Shown here: positions 1 to 11,700 of the stretch, piece by piece | Position numbering within the stretch: position 1 is the first letter of the stretch | How the letters are laid out: each line of letters opens with the position of its first letter | From: Stylophora pistillata | Lineage: Eukaryota | NCBI RefSeq assembly: GCF_002571385.2 | Contig: NW_019218285.1 | Span: 42,560 to 106,559, forward strand | Length of the DNA stretch: 64,000 bases | Direction of reading: 5' to 3' | Notes under the pieces: generated by a model | Database searches by the model: none | The model's input: the letters and a program-made list of their open reading frames with translations, nothing else | What the model was told of the DNA's origin: nothing | Position numbers and translations under genes: made by a program

Positions 1-497
1 AAAATCAGAAACAAAGATTGGATAATAAGTGTCGGCCTGTGTTGAATCTTCGCGGAAGGCATGGTGTTGATGATTGCAACAGTTTGCTACTGAGAAGAAT
101 TTATGGAAAACTCAGCTAGTATCACATCCGCTTGGGTAATCGCTTAGCCATTCTCGGTCCATATCTCAACAATTTCGGCAGTAATCATTGTAAACCTCGG
201 AAAGAGGAGCTGTACTTCCGCAGTAATTGAGCTGTATACAGGCAACTACTGTTCTCAGAGAGGTTTCGTTAACCCTTGAACTCCTAGATATGATGAACTT
301 GTAACTTCTCCCCATAATATCCATACGTTATCCAGCAAACAGGTCATGAGAATACTCAAACATGTCAGGTAGAACTTGTTACCTTGATCAAACACCAAAT
401 TCTTGTAACTAATTTACAAGGAAACGTGTAGCAGCCGGAGAGGAGAATTCACAATCCGATCTTAAGAGTTTACTATGTATTTCATGTTGCTCTTCAG

Positions 498-2242
498 GAC
501 GATGTGGAGTTTGTATATGAAAAACTAAATGAACGTGTACAAGATTTGAGGTAAGAATCATTCATTTGTCATGATCATCGACATTTTGCTCTCACTGGTG
601 TTTGAACCGATCTTGTTTTTTCTCCCTCGACCCAGTACCTTTGATGAATACGCAGCCGAAGTTAGATCAGGGAGACTGGAGTGGAGTCCAGTACACAAAT
701 CTGAGAAGTTCTGGGTAACTAGCTTTTTTTCCCTAGTAATTGAAGATGTCTGTGATAGTTTCAACTATTTTTACCTGGTTTAAGTTCATTACTTTAGCTA
801 TCTTTTTTTTGACTTTGCCCCTTTAATTCCATTATGATCGGAGATGTATTTCTTATTAACGACAATATTTCAGAGTAGCACCTTTATAAGATAAACCTTT
901 TTGCACAAAAGAATTAAGCTCGCGCTTTGCAAGTATTCTTTTTGAAACCATTTGATCTTTATTTTTTTTTTGTAGAGAGAAAACGCTCAACGTCTAAACG
1001 AAAAGAACTACGAATTGTTGAAGTAAGTTCACAAAATGTATATCGTAGATCTTCGAACATCCCGGTGCCGGGTTTTTTTGTGGTGTGCCTGTGGAACTAA
1101 TGAGTGATGAAAGGTGAACTTAGGACCTGTGCAAGGTCTGATATCTTTTGGTACTATGGTATTCCCACGAAATTTTCCATAGTCAACAGCATGCTAAGGT
1201 TACAACTCGCGGGTGGAGAAGAGATACAAACTAATGTATCTACCCGTTTTTCTTTTTAAAGAATCCTGACTAAACTATTGGACAAGTCTAATGACCCGAC
1301 CATTTTAGCAGTGGCGGCTCACGATACTGGAGAGTACGTACGGCATTACCCACGCGGGAAGCAGTAAGTTTGTTATCCGACCGAAACTTTTCATAGTCAG
1401 AATTTTAATTCCTCCATCCCTTGCTGTGAAATACAGCTTGTCAATTTTACTGGGAGAGTATATTCCATTCATTAACTCCTGTAAAAGAAAGGTAGAGATT
1501 TGTCTTACAGAGTGTAATGAAATCATTTAGATCTGTGTATGATTTGGAAGTACTGCGCGGAAACAGGGGGATGGGTTCTAGACCCAGTCTTCTTCGACCT
1601 AACAGGAACGGCTGTTACATGGTTTGTTATATCCGAGGAATGACTTCTTGTTTTTTTTGTAGTGTGCTGGAGAATCTTGGGTGTAAAGTGATGGTCATGA
1701 AAATGATGACTCATAATGACCCTAATGTTCGTAAGGAAGCTCTTCTTGCTGTACAGAAACTCATGGTTCACAACTGGTGCGTTTTGAGATTACTCATTTT
1801 CCAATTTTTTTTTTATTTTTTTTTTTTATTTTTTATGTTGGTGTGTTCAATCCCCGAGGCTTCAAATTATGGGAAACGCGCCAAGAACCGTAGTTTCCTT
1901 TCTTTGTTTGACGGGAAAAGTTTTGCTGAAGATTTTGCTGGTGACTCAGAAAAACAACAACAACAAAGACTACAACAACAAAACTGAACAACAAAACATT
2001 GTGACTTGAGATTCAAGACTGTGTAACCAGGTCATACAGTAAAACGAGGTTTGCCTGTACCAGTGGGTACAACAATTAGTGAAACATGCATTAAAATATT
2101 GCGGTGGGTTCATTAAAGGTCGAAGGCGCGAGAAAAAATAGCAAGAGAGCAAGAAATAAAAACCTGGTAACGAGTCTTGTAATATTAACTGTCTTTCTCT
2201 TCCTTTAGGGAATATCTCGGAAAGCAGTTGAAGGCTTCCTAA
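498..2242 (+). CDS. ATP6V1H: V-type proton ATPase subunit H, 3' exons (5'-partial gene)
   Basis: GT-AG exons 498-550, 636-714, 976-1022, 1262-1363, 1663-1776 and 2209-2242 splice in frame to [142 protein letters not shown], the conserved subunit H C-terminal domain. AATAAA near 2562. Confidence 0.96.
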
Positions 2243-3962
2243 AAAGAAGAATTAAAATAAATATGCAGCGAAAAAAAGAGACATATTATGAATTTTATGT
2301 GAATATTGTCAATTGAGTTGGAGCGGATTGTCTCGGAAAAGAAAAGTCACGAGAAGCCGATAGAGGTCGAAGAAAGTCTCATCAAAGCTGCGAACTGTCG
2401 ATGATTGACGAGCTGTTATCGATTGATTTCGTTTTTTCCTAGCTCAGTTCCTCGACTCCGAATGTATGCGAGGGTGAAACCTCTTTGATTTGGTAGACGT
2501 TCTGTCCGTTTTAAAGGTGTGTGAATAACTTATGAATATTGAATTCAAACGCATGCAATATAATAAACGTTTCTTTTGAATTTTATGACTTGTAGAAAAT
2601 TTATTTAGGAAGGTTGTTATATTTGCCCATATAACTTAAAAGGGAACTCGGAGGACAGTGTCGGCAAACCCTTTTTAACACCTGAGGGACCGTTCACTTT
2701 TTACAAGTAGGGAGGGCTGGGGGGATTTGGGGGGTCACCAAAAATAAAGCGGCCTTAAAAGGGGGGGTATCTAAAAAAAACAATAAGGCGAAAAGGGGGA
2801 GTCACGTAAAATATTTTTAGTAATGCCTTAACTGAAGTCAGAAGGCGTTAGTTTGTTAATAATTAAATTTGTTTTAAACCATTTCTTGCCATAAAATTTT
2901 GCGCTCGGCAATTTGCGATCGAAAGAGGTCTAAAATCAGATAAGTTTCGACCACAGGGATTTTAGAAAATTTCTTTATCCATCACATCTTAGATATAATA
3001 TCTCCTTTTCCCCATTTCACTGTCTTTTCATAACATTAATTATTAAACACGAGGCATTTAAACGAACAAAAAAAAAATTTGCACATAAGGTATTTCCAAG
3101 CAAATTGTTTTCGCCCACATTATACAAATTAAATTTTTGTGAAACGAAAACACACAAGAGAATCATTCTTTTTAAAGTAGTTCTTCAGGCGAATCCTTTC
3201 AATAAGTGCACTATCACAGCATGAAAAGATAAAACACGTCTCAGTCCCGTGCTGTTTTTACTCTTGAACCTCTCGTATGGCGATGCTTCATTTATAAATA
3301 GATATTGTCCGTTGCTCAGCTGTGTCAGCGACTAACGTATTATGGTTTTCCCTTTGCTGAGAAGAGCTCAGCCATTTCCTTGTTTAGTATTCTATTCAGC
3401 TCGCTTCAATTTTTCCTGAAAATAATTCCCTTACCGTACCAAGGTCAGATTGACCGGCTTGTTTCAAACGTAACAAACGACATTTTGTCAGCATTGTAAT
3501 AAAAGCGGTGAGATGACTGAGAAACAGCTGTCAGATGCAAGAAGCTTAAAATGAACACATTTTTCTTTGATTCAAATTCAAATAACTTGGTAATAATCCT
3601 TATTAATCTCAGGCAGGACCTGACTACATTTTAAAAACTAACTTGATACGCCCTGAATATCAATTTCAAAATGCAATTACGTGCTCTCAGCTCTTTTGAA
3701 TTTAAAGTGCAAGATGAAAGATTTCTTTGTGCACAGGGTACAAGCCTTTTGCTTCCTTCACTACCAGCTTAACGTTTTGTCATTGTAAATATTATATTTT
3801 TGTTTTCATTTTGATATTGTCAACTTAAGACTTGCTAATAGAGAAAACATTCTGATCCGCACCTGCTATCAGACAAAATGCGAAACAACCGACTTAAGTT
3901 TAAATTTAACCCTTAGAGAAGAAAAACAGCTCATTTACGACTTAACAGAGAGAGTTTAAATT

Positions 3963-5030
3963 TTACAGCGCAGAACTCGTTGATAAAACTGTTCCAAATC
4001 GATCGCACCGGCCACTCGAAGAGTTACAACTATAATTTCTCTTAATGTTCCCTTTTGATCTGAAGGAACATAATTTTTTGAAGGCCTTCCGAAATGGTGA
4101 ATACCTCAATCCATAGACGACTGGGTTACAAAACGAATTGGCAAACCCAACCCACATTGTCATCACTAAAACATTTCGAGGAACCTTCATAGGACCAGCG
4201 AGTTTTCTGTAAGTACCAGCCGTGTAAAATGGCGTATAACAGAGCAGGAATATCCCAACAACCAAAGCGAAAGTCCCAGCTGATCTTATTTCGCGCTTCA
4301 ACGAGTGTGTTTCGACTGTTCTCGACCTGTGTTGTGGTTCGCTTTCCTCGCACATGTCCGCGGACGATTCGCGCAGGCTTCGTTCGACTCTGCTCAACTG
4401 CCTGGCTTGTGTAAAGGCGGTTTTGAAGACAACAACGTTGGAGAAGAAAATTATTCCAAATGGTAAAATAACAAATAGTCCCACAAGAAAGAGAATATAC
4501 ATGGAATTTACAGAGGGGTCACGGTTAAAGTAACTTGAGCAACCGTAAGTATCCGCTCGGTACTCAAAGTCAGCTAGCGGTATATTCAAAATGACACTTA
4601 CTGACAGCCAAATAAGCAACAAAATTGTTACCACCCTTCTTCTTGTGACTATGAATTGATAACGAAGTGGTTTCTGGATGGCTATGTAGCGATCAACGCT
4701 TAGCAAACACATATGAAGAATGGAAATAAATGATAACGTGAGGCCAACGGAGGCGATTGCACGACAACAAAACTTGCCAAAAATCCACTCTCCGATGGCA
4801 GTTGTGGTAGCGTTAAGAATCATTATGATCACCATTGTCAAATCAGTCAGCGCTAAGCTAAGCAAGATGAAATTCGTGTTTGTTCTCAGATGGCGGAATT
4901 TCGCCACCGAAATACAGATCAAACCGTTCCCCACAACTGTGGCTATTATAATAAATGTAAACACGATCATCTGAGCGACAACTTTGACAGTCCCATCCTT
5001 TTCAGCATCGTTCGTTTTCCCGTTCAACAT
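3963..5030 (-). CDS. Intronless class A (rhodopsin-like) 7TM GPCR, amine/TAAR-like orphan
   Basis: 355-aa ORF with GN in TM1, LALTD in TM2, DRY, CYTPFY (CWxP-like) and NPVVY. Position 3.32 is Gly rather than Asp. Confidence 0.93.
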   Translation of the reverse strand: MLNGKTNDAEKDGTVKVVAQMIVFTFIIIATVVGNGLICISVAKFRHLRTNTNFILLSLALTDLTMVIIMILNATTTAIGEWIFGKFCCRAIASVGLTLSFISILHMCLLSVDRYIAIQKPLRYQFIVTRRRVVTILLLIWLSVSVILNIPLADFEYRADTYGCSSYFNRDPSVNSMYILFLVGLFVILPFGIIFFSNVVVFKTAFTQARQLSRVERSLRESSADMCEESEPQHRSRTVETHSLKREIRSAGTFALVVGIFLLCYTPFYTAGTYRKLAGPMKVPRNVLVMTMWVGFANSFCNPVVYGLRYSPFRKAFKKLCSFRSKGNIKRNYSCNSSSGRCDRFGTVLSTSSAL

Positions 5031-6281
5031 TTTAGCAGTCTAAACAGCCCCGATCCAAAAGATTTCTAATCAGCTTGCCCCTTATCTTGTCACGCTCCGA
5101 CCTGGTGGGAAATCTACACGCAACTGACAAATCACATGTCACAAAGGCATAATAAGAGTAAAACAATTTTCATTTTGGTAATTTCCATGTACCAATTTTA
5201 TCCCGGTAAACACCTGCTAACGAACGCGAGTTAAATAAATCATCGTTATGAAAACTGAAATGTTCGGCTAATATTTTGCGTTTCCGTTTTGGAACAGCTT
5301 ACATCCAAGCTAAGTAGACAAAATTTTTTCTTGAAAAACAAACAACAGCTCACAAAATAACGCGAATACCACTAAACCTTTTAAATTTTTTCTTTCAGTT
5401 CGACCGGTGTTATGGTAACAAAAGTCTTTCTATGCCGTGTATATATAGTACCCTTTTGCTTTGTTCGTCTTTTTTTTTTCCCATTTGATTATTTTATCAT
5501 CATGGCGGCATTACAAAGTTATTTTATTTGAGAGCGGACAAGGAAAGTCAAATGCAGATTGAAAAAGGTCATGTTCCGATTGCCAATGTCTTTGTTGAGA
5601 GTACGCCAAGAGGCCTTAGAGACAATGCTCAGAATATTATCAATTAAAACTAGACTTTAAGACTGCCACATCTTGATATTCGAAAAACAAACTATTAGCA
5701 AATTTTATGCTGTTATATTTTAACTGGAAGCGCTTTACCTGAAGCAAAGTGTCACCGTCACATGAAGTAATATTCTGAAGTGCAAAGTCCTTCTTAAACA
5801 TTAACCTGTTTATTTTGTCCTTCTGTTCCTTTGTTTGCTGTGAATATAACACCTCTTCATTTTCAATTCAGTTCGAACACATCTACCTAACGTGAAGGGC
5901 AGATTATACGGTAACGTGACGTTATAAAACTCCCAGTCGCTTCATGTTGCGGAAACCGAAGTTTAGAGCCAGCCCAATGTGCCACGTGACTCCTAAGTAG
6001 GCTTTACCTCTTTTTTTTTTTTTACGAGGGTTTAATAAATATTTTAGCAATTCCGACTACATTGATTTCTTTAATAAATAAATTCACTCTATTTAAGCTT
6101 TCCTGCATCTGATAGAAAATATATGGAAATATACTTACACTGACATAATTCACAACCATTTCTGTTTTTTGAAACAATTGTCTCTTTTTCACAAGTGATT
6201 TTAACGACCGAAAACATTAGTTACAGTGTGTGCTTGGAAGACATCCTCTTTGGACAGCCGTGGTTGGAGAACAAAAAACTA

Positions 6282-6771
6282 CTGACTCACTTGCACTTTT
6301 ACTTAAATGCAAAACCCCATCTTGAAACTCGTCATTATCACACAAACTATCATCATCACACAAACTCTCGCCATGAACACACAAACGATCATCATTATCA
6401 CACAAACCCTCGTCATGACACAAGCGATTACCATTATCACACAAACTCTCGTCATTTTCCGCCACCCTAAAAACTCGCCGACCCCTTAAGGGCACTTGTC
6501 GCCTTTCTAAATCGATAAAAATTACATCTCTTGGCCGATCAGCACCATTGGATTCTTGATCTACTTGTACCCCACCATTATGAACAATACCATGACGGCG
6601 CACATAACTATAATAAGTTCAAGGATGCACGTATTCAGTATTCTCTGGAAGATCCATTTGATGCTGAAGTCACCTTTGAGAAGATTGGCTGTATCAAGCC
6701 ATCATGAACGCATAATTACAACACACCGACACACCCATTAATGAGCATAAAAAAATTTCTACCCCGCTCAT
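6282..6771 (-). pseudogene. 5' part of the pocilloporid mitochondrial ORF located after atp6 (mtORF), within the NUMT
   Basis: ATG at 6771, 2 nt after the atp6 stop. Code-4 frame MSGVEIFLCSLMGVSVCCNYAFMMAWYSQ...ENDESLCDNGNRLCHDEGLCDNDD... stays open to the insertion junction. An ORF between atp6 and nad4 is a known pocilloporid feature. Confidence 0.75.
6325..6460. repeat. Minisatellite-like tandem repeats in the mtORF (catcattatcacacaaac-type units)
   Basis: About six imperfect 15-21 bp units encoding (E/G/R)-x-LC-(D/H/V) peptide repeats. Confidence 0.75.
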
Positions 6772-6773
6772 GA

Positions 6774-7451
6774 TTAGTGTAGAAAAATTGTGTCTGCTAA
6801 ATAAATTAATGTCAGCAGACAAAACACATACGCTTGGATCACCGCAACGGCCACCTCCAATAAAGTAATAAACACCATTATAGACATTGCTGATTTAAAA
6901 ACTAAACCAAATCCTGCCAAAATTGCAAATAAAAGATGCCCGGCAGAAAGATTTGCTGCTAAACGAATGCCCAAAGAAACAGCTCGAGAAATATAACTTA
7001 CTGTTTCTATTAAAATTAAAAGTGGTGCTAAAATTAAAGGAGCGCCGCTAGGCATTAAAATGCTAAAGAAGTCTTTTTTAAATTTATAAAATCCAGAAAA
7101 AGTAACTCCAATAACAATAGAAAAAGAAAATCCAAGCGTATTAACAATATGGGTTGTCGGTGTGAAGACATAAGGACATAAGCCTAAAATATTTAAAAAA
7201 ACTAAAAAAACAAAAAGTGAAACAATAAAAGAAAAATATATTAAACCCACATTTCCTAAATTTTGCACTGTTATATAATAAAAATAATTTTCTAGATATT
7301 CATAAACCGATTGCCATCTTTTTGGAATTAATTCAATTCCTTTAAAAAGTAATAAAACAACAATAATTACAAAAGTCATCATTATTGTTGAATTCGTAAA
7401 ACCAAACATTCACACTATGTTAAATTGTTCAAAATAAGAAGAGCTATTCAT
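6774..7451 (-). pseudogene. atp6: Mitochondrial ATP synthase F0 subunit 6, full-length copy within the NUMT
   Basis: ATG at 7451 overlaps the nad6 TAA. 678 bp with one TGA(Trp) at codon 14. Motifs RAVSLGIRLAANLSAGHLL and LEVAVAVIQAYVF. Confidence 0.95.
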
Positions 7452-7984
7452 TATCTATTTATTTGAAAAAAAAGATCTTGTTTTTTACTTAAAAATTCTG
7501 TTTCTTGAGTTAATACAATCACACCAATCATAGCAACTAATAAAATAAAACTGGCCAAAAGAAATAAACAAAAACAAGAAACATATAAAATCTGCCCTAA
7601 GGCCTCAATATTATGATAAGAAATAAGAAATCAAGGAAAAGAAAGGTCTCAATTCTCTATTTGAAAAGAACCCAAAAATAATCCACTTGAAGCAATTTCT
7701 GAAAAAAAAAAAATCCCAATTATAAATCCAATTGGTATATAATTTGTCATATCAACCTCTCTTTTTAAAACCGGAGGATAGTCAGTTAGATTTAATAACA
7801 TAATAACAAATAAAAATAAAATAGCTATTGCCCCAACATAAATAAGTAAAAACATCAAAGCAAGAAAATCTATTCCTAGTAAAAGGAAAAAAACTGCAGA
7901 ATTTATAAAAACAAGAACCAATCAAAAAATAGAAAGAACAGGAGTTAACGCTGAAACAACCATTACTCCTGAGCCAATTATCCC
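7451..7984 (-). pseudogene. nad6: Mitochondrial NADH dehydrogenase subunit 6, 5'-truncated, within the NUMT
   Basis: Code-4 frame GIIGSGVMVVSALTPVLSIFWLVLVF...LIYVGAIAILFLFVIMLL...NIEALGQILY...ASFILLVAMIGVIVLT...KQDLFFQINR*. Confidence 0.93.
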
Positions 7985-8782
7985 TAAAAAAAAAAAAAAA
8001 ACAAGCTTAATTTTTTTAGACGGCGCTGTTCTGGCGGGACAAGAAAAACTTGCTCGAGCTGGTAAGGCTACTCCTTACGTAGACGCGCGTGCAAGTTGCG
8101 CTGTCCCGCGTGTTTCAAGAGTAAAAAAGAAAAGGAATTATTTCCACCACCGTCTGCAGCGTACAGCGAGGGAAACTCTGGCAAAATTTCACGAATATTC
8201 CTCGCGAGGTCGCGCGTGCACGTTGCATAGTCACGTTGCATAGTCAAAAGGAAAAGGAACTGTTTCCACTACAATCCGCAGCATACAAAGTCCAAAACTC
8301 TCGCGCATTTCACGAGAAGTCCATGCAGGAATATAAATTCTATTACAGTGTAGCCTGAACTATTCCCGTAAGTTTTCCAAACTTATCCCCCCCTATTTAC
8401 CGACACGGTCAACAAACCAGTTCTGACGATAGGAAAGAGAGAATATCTACACGCGCGTAAGACGCGTGTAATGCACGCAAATAACACGCAGAGTGCATCT
8501 CTTTTCTGTGCTTTGCAGTTCTTCTTGCGTGATTCTGCAGACGCTGACAATTGAGTCTGTTCTAGGGCTTAGGTAATTAAAACGAAACGCGATAGTAAAA
8601 TTAAAACGAAACGCGATAGATGAAAGGCACCGCAATGGCAGTGGAGCGAGAGGTTTGGGTGGGGTTAAAGAAAGCAGGGAGATTTGGGTCGAGTCGCGTA
8701 AGGAACCCAACCGATCCAATTCGACTCGACCCAAGCTCCCCTCTTGTTTTGGCTCCGCCACTGCTACATCTTCATTATTTAC

Positions 8783-11700
8783 CTGGGCTTGGACTTGAAT
8801 CCATAAAGAAGTCATCCTCTCTAGGGTCGAGTATTGGCGGTGGTTCCTGATCTCCAGATTCTATCAGACATGACAGGCAGTAAAAGTAGTTAAAAACTTG
8901 GACAAACAAGTTATTTCTTATGACTCCAAACTTTTCCCATTGGGAGTTACATAAGATAAACATGTATGTCGTATTGTCCAGACGATCATCACTTTCAACC
9001 CTGATGATAGCAAACAGCCAAAAACGTTTGGTTCAAAAAATTTTAATTTTTTCTAATCTTTCAGCCTTGTACATAGAATATAGTTTAAAACAGTTTTCAG
9101 AAACACTATTCCCTTGGGAAAGAACTCGGTATTGTTTTCCACTAAACACACACATGCATGAAACATTAACTTTCCCTTAATATGGACAGTAAGCAAACCC
9201 TGACGGCAATTGCTAAGAGATAATAGAGAAGAAAAAGCGACAATGCGGAAAACAGTAGCTTTGCGCGTACATACTATGCAAAACAACAACGTTAAGTCAC
9301 CAAATCTTGCGATTTCTGAGAACGGAAACATCGACAGCAAATGAGTCACGTTTGTGTTTGGAACTCAACCTTGGCTAACCTTGAGGTCTGGCACTGCTAG
9401 AGAAGATGAATTCATGGAGCCACTACCGAAATTGTAAGTAAAAATATAATTTTAATCACCGTTTTCCTCACCGTCCTAAATACTTAGGGCCCATGATTAA
9501 AGGTGCCCTGGATCTCACGTGGTAAGCACGATTAATAGCAAAAGGAAAACATTTCTCACCATCTTCACCGTCTCCCTTCGAATCAACTCGTCCTGATTCT
9601 TCGTCACTCAACACTAGTTTAGGTTTTTCCTTTGTCACTTTTTGAGAAGCTTTACCCATTTTCCAAATTGTACTGGATGCATCCTCCAACTCACCCCCTG
9701 CCACTTTCTTTGCAATAGTTTTCTGGATTTTTTCTGCAAATTGCAAAGAGATACAATCAACTAAAGTCGAGTCCTCTTTAGATCAAAATTTAAAGTGAGG
9801 TCAAAAGTAATTCAACAATTGCAATCATGGTTTTCCCTTACTATGCTCTGTGGTTTGTCTAAAAAAAAAATGTGCCACCCCCTAAACTAAACAGATGCAA
9901 AATTAAAACAAAATGAGAATTGCTCCCTCACGTTTTCCTATGCTCCAAGCTAATTGATTGGTTTTACTTCGGGATCAGGGTCATTATTTGAGCAACTGTG
10001 CACCCACCCCTCCCCTAACCCAACATTAACCCTAACTTGTTATCAGTTGATTGTTGTTAGGTCAGGGGTGGGGTGGGTGCACAGTTGTTCAGATATTGAC
10101 ATTGATCCTTACTTTGCATTCTCACTGGCTCCTTGTGATTTTTCCTTAAATCTGATTGGTTGATACGACTTGATGTTGTGACATTTTCCTTAAATCTGAT
10201 TGGTTGATATCATTAGTTGTTGTCATATTTTTCTGTCATCTGATAGGTTGATTGAATTACTCTGTACTTGGTTTTACCGCAGTCAATCTAAGAACACAGT
10301 TTGTGATGATTCAAAGGTTTGTACTTGTTTACACTTTAACTCCCATGAGTGAACAAGGCATAATTTCTCTTTACAATATCAATACAACATCAAGCAGAAA
10401 AGTGACAAGAATAAAGAAAAATGTAAATTAGGGGATTATTTGCTGATTCAATACCAAATTCGCCAAACTAACATAATACAAATTATAGAGGCCCTGATAG
10501 GGTAAATACCAACGGGCAACATGGCGTTGAAACAGCAACATCAGGGAATAAAAATGCAACTTCAAGCACGACATTGATGAAATTCTGACAGCAACATCAG
10601 AACCTTCTGAATGGCGATGTGACAAAGTTGGAAATTCAGATGGGCGACATCTATATCCCCCCTAACAGGCCCTCATTATATGGCAGACATGAAGGAGAAA
10701 CACTAAATTATAAGATCTGTGGAGTGATATGGTTGAAACATAAAAACCTCTGTGACATTTCTTTACCTTTTCTGAACTAATATAGTAAGCCTTATCAAAA
10801 CAAGAAGTAGATGAATTTAATAACACTATAGTACATAAATTAGAGCACCTTGTTTAGCAACAATGTCTGCATTTGTATGGGAGGTCAGTGGAAACAATGA
10901 AATATACTTGGTGTTTCCTGGAAAATGCTAAATAAGATAAAACAGTGTTACTTTGGCAAAAAAATTAGTTTTAAATTGAAGTATCATAATTAGTCAAAAT
11001 GACACTAGTGGCAGTTGCATACACATGGCAGCAACAAGATCTTAGATGGTGCCCAAGAATAGGAAATGAATGTTTAGAAGACAAAGTAGCTTAATAGATT
11101 CCTCGGAATCTTGTCAAGTAGTTGATAAGGAGTCAATGACAGCTTCTAAAAAACAACCCTGTACTTCTGATCATTTCTTAATTCTAATTTAACACTGCTG
11201 ATCTTAAAACAGATGGACTACCTTGATCGAAAAAGTATTAATAGCTGTATTAATTTTCAACTGACTTACAACAACATAACCAGTTCAAGAGGAGACCAGG
11301 CCAAAATTGTAACATTTGTATGACACATTTTATCTAGCACCACCCTTAACTTACATAAACATAATTCCACTGCTGCTTGATCTCTTCAAGCTCTTTCAGT
11401 AAAGAATTTCTGCAGACATATAGATCAAATGAACCCTTGTAGACTGTACAAAAACCTGTAATACTACATAAAACATAGCTGTAAAAAGTTCCACACTCTT
11501 TACTTTCTAAGTACGTACACATTTCTTATTACACGACTCAGGCAGTCAGAGGGCCATTAACTAAAATCAACCAATCAAAATGCTCTATTGCCAGTCAATA
11601 TTCTCTCAGTATTGGACCGGGCACTGTCCCGAATGGTCCCAAATGATACCGCACTTGCATCCCTTTGAACTTCAGTCGTATAATAAACCAAACTTGCTTG

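Larger units (their letters stand above)
6282..7986 (-). other. Nuclear-located mitochondrial segment (NUMT): nad6 (5'-truncated) - atp6 - mtORF (3'-truncated)
   Basis: Contiguous mitochondrial gene order, with frames open under code 4 (TGA=Trp). Absent from the paralogous site (51282-~51395), whose flanks match on both sides. Confidence 0.93.

Noticed and set aside
1100-1145. Possible box C/D snoRNA (GTGATGA...CTGA) in an ATP6V1H intron
   Set aside because: The boxes are only ~27 nt apart, with no terminal stem or recognisable rRNA guide.
3305-3499. 64/65-aa ORF present in both duplicate units (3305 and 46108)
   Set aside because: It has a non-ATG start coinciding with the duplication breakpoint, and its conservation is explained by the duplication itself.
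6325-6460. CRISPR-like or His-rich ORF (6195-6470 +)
   Set aside because: This is the antisense reading of the mtORF tandem repeats. There are no unique spacers and the context is eukaryotic.
6774-7409. atp6 as a functional nuclear-relocated gene (211-aa ORF open in the standard code)
   Set aside because: There is no targeting presequence or dedicated promoter, and the true start lies upstream across a TGA. Openness is explained by recent mitochondrial origin.
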